Source: Armatimonadota bacterium (lineage in GTDB: Bacteria > Sysuimicrobiota > Sysuimicrobiia > Sysuimicrobiales > Humicultoraceae). Taken from it: 14,233 nt of DNA. Location: contig JBQTJP010000133.1 in assembly GCA_052386995.1 (NCBI GenBank), positions 1 to 14,233 of the forward strand, in the 5' to 3' direction. A program made the translations under genes and the position numbers. Position 1 is the first letter of the stretch; each line of letters begins with the position of its first letter. The notes under the pieces are model-generated. The model searched no databases. It was not told where the DNA came from and was given only the letters and a program-made list of their open reading frames with translations. Shown piece by piece: positions 12,883 to 14,233 of the stretch.

Positions 12883-14233
12883 GGGGCCGCCAAAGCGCGA
12901 TAGCGCTGCGACCGACCGCCGGCGACGAGCGCGGCGTGGCGCTGATTGCCGTCCTTGTCGTGGCGGTCGTGCTGACTGTCATCGGCATGTCCCTTGTCGG
13001 GCTCATGCACACCGATATCACGCACGCGTCCATCCAGCACGCGAAAACCGCCAGCTTCGCGATCGCGCAGGCCGGCCTGACCGAGGCGCAGGCGGCGATC
13101 GCAGTAGCGCCCGACCCTCTTACCCACACCACCGCGAGCGGCGGCGTGACCGGATCGTACGGCAGCAACGGACAGTTCACCTATTGGATCGACGCCGGGC
13201 CCGCGGCCGGCGCGCCGTGCGGACCCGGACTGAAAACGCTAGAGGCCTCCGGTGAGGTCGCGTACCTCGGCCGTCAGATCCCCTCGAGGGTCCGGGCCTG
13301 CGGCATCCCCGGTGCCCCAGTCCTGACGTCGGTGTTCGGCGTGTCCGCGGTCGAGTTGCTTGGGGCGACGGCGCGAACGTACATTGCCCCGTACCCGGCC
13401 GGCGCGCCCGGATCGCCCCGCGGTGGGACGCTCGGGTCGTTCACCGAGATCAACTTCGGCGACGTGGGCTTGCGGTTGAACGCCCTGAGTGAGACGGCGG
13501 TTGAGACGGTCGCGCTGCGGGACGGCTCGTTCTCCGACTATCAGCTCTTCGGGTTCTCCAGCCGGCCGACGTATCAGGCAGACCCGACGATCGAGTCGAT
13601 GCCGTGGGTCACCCTCGCGTTCGGCGACATCGTGAAGGCGCGGCCGACAACGGGTCCGCTCTCCAACCGGTGCGGGACTTCGTTCGCCTGTGTGACCGCG
13701 CTGATCGGTGTCACCGATGTGCCCACCGTCGCGGGCCTTCGATACGGTGAGAACATCCGCCACGCCTACATGCACCGTATGACGCAGCAGGTACTGCCGC
13801 GGCTGTCCCTCGACCCGACCTCCTACAGAAACCTGGCGCTGGGCAGCGCGGACAACAGCACGATCAACGCCAGCGCCGGACTGGCGGCAAAAACCAACTC
13901 AGTCTACACTCCCGCCGAATTTGGTCAGCTCGTCAACTATCTGGCGACCAACTGTCCCCCTTCGTGCCTGCGGGGGCCCGTCTTTGTCGACGGCGATTAC
14001 AATATGTCGCGCAGCGTAAACCTGGGCGGCGACACCGGCACTGTCACACTGGCGGTGAGGGGCGATCTCATCCTCTCCTGCAGCGCGAGCCTGATCATCC
14101 GCCACGACCTCACGACGATCGCCGGTCGCCAGACACCTGGGATTCTGGTCTTCGGCCGTGAGACAATCGCGGCGAACTCCACGAATACTTGCGGGCAGGC
14201 GACTAACGGCTCGGGGCGGCTCATCGTGTGCGG
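12879..14233 (+). CDS. Large PilX/GspK-like minor pilin (at least 451 aa, 3'-truncated; absent from the ORF track)
   Basis: ATG 12879 overlaps the upstream stop (ATGA) and I read the frame as open to the window end. MRGRQSAIALRPTAGDERG|VALIAVLVVAVVLTVIGMSLVGLMHTD...ASFAIAQAGLTEA is a PilX N-terminal pattern, lacking E+5 as PilX/GspK proteins do. Confidence 0.85.
   Translation, partial: MRGRQSAIALRPTAGDERGVALIAVLVVAVVLTVIGMSLVGLMHTDITHASIQHAKTASFAIAQAGLTEAQAAIAVAPDPLTHTTASGGVTGSYGSNGQFTYWIDAGPAAGAPCGPGLKTLEASGEVAYLGRQIPSRVRACGIPGAPVLTSVFGVSAVELLGATARTYIAPYPAGAPGSPRGGTLGSFTEINFGDVGLRLNALSETAVETVALRDGSFSDYQLFGFSSRPTYQADPTIESMPWVTLAFGDIVKARPTTGPLSNRCGTSFACVTALIGVTDVPTVAGLRYGENIRHAYMHRMTQQVLPRLSLDPTSYRNLALGSADNSTINASAGLAAKTNSVYTPAEFGQLVNYLATNCPPSCLRGPVFVDGDYNMSRSVNLGGDTGTVTLAVRGDLILSCSASLIIRHDLTTIAGRQTPGILVFGRETIAANSTNTCGQATNGSGRLIVC

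Noticed and set aside
1..14233. CRISPR arrays, tRNA/rRNA genes, transposases, integrases or defence systems
   Set aside because: I saw no regularly spaced repeats, cloverleaf or rRNA-like sequence, or recombinase/nuclease motifs.

Overview
High-GC bacterial window with 17 supportable CDSs. (1) 1-3484 (+): the 3' end of a tightly coupled biosynthetic operon encoding a SAM methyltransferase (5'-truncated), a geranylgeranyl-reductase-like flavoprotein, an SRPBCC cyclase/aromatase and a FabF-like ketosynthase. (2) 3468-4465 (-): a SnoaL/NTF2-like protein and an exported intradiol-dioxygenase-like protein. (3) 4705-6427 (+): a YceI-like protein and an HtrA-type protease. (4) 6460-9787 (-): rplY, pth, a molybdopterin oxidoreductase and an MFS transporter, with an extended -10 promoter and an internal terminator. 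(5) A divergent pair of an ECF S-component and an MBL-fold hydrolase. (6) 11662-end (+): a c-di-GMP-I (GEMM-I) riboswitch with a readable expression platform, in front of a PilV/PilW/PilX-like minor pilin operon. The large PilX-like gene is missing from the ORF track because it runs off the window. The riboswitch-controlled pilin operon and the KS + cyclase + methyltransferase + flavoprotein cluster are the most interesting elements. All family calls come from motif recognition by eye; no searches were run.
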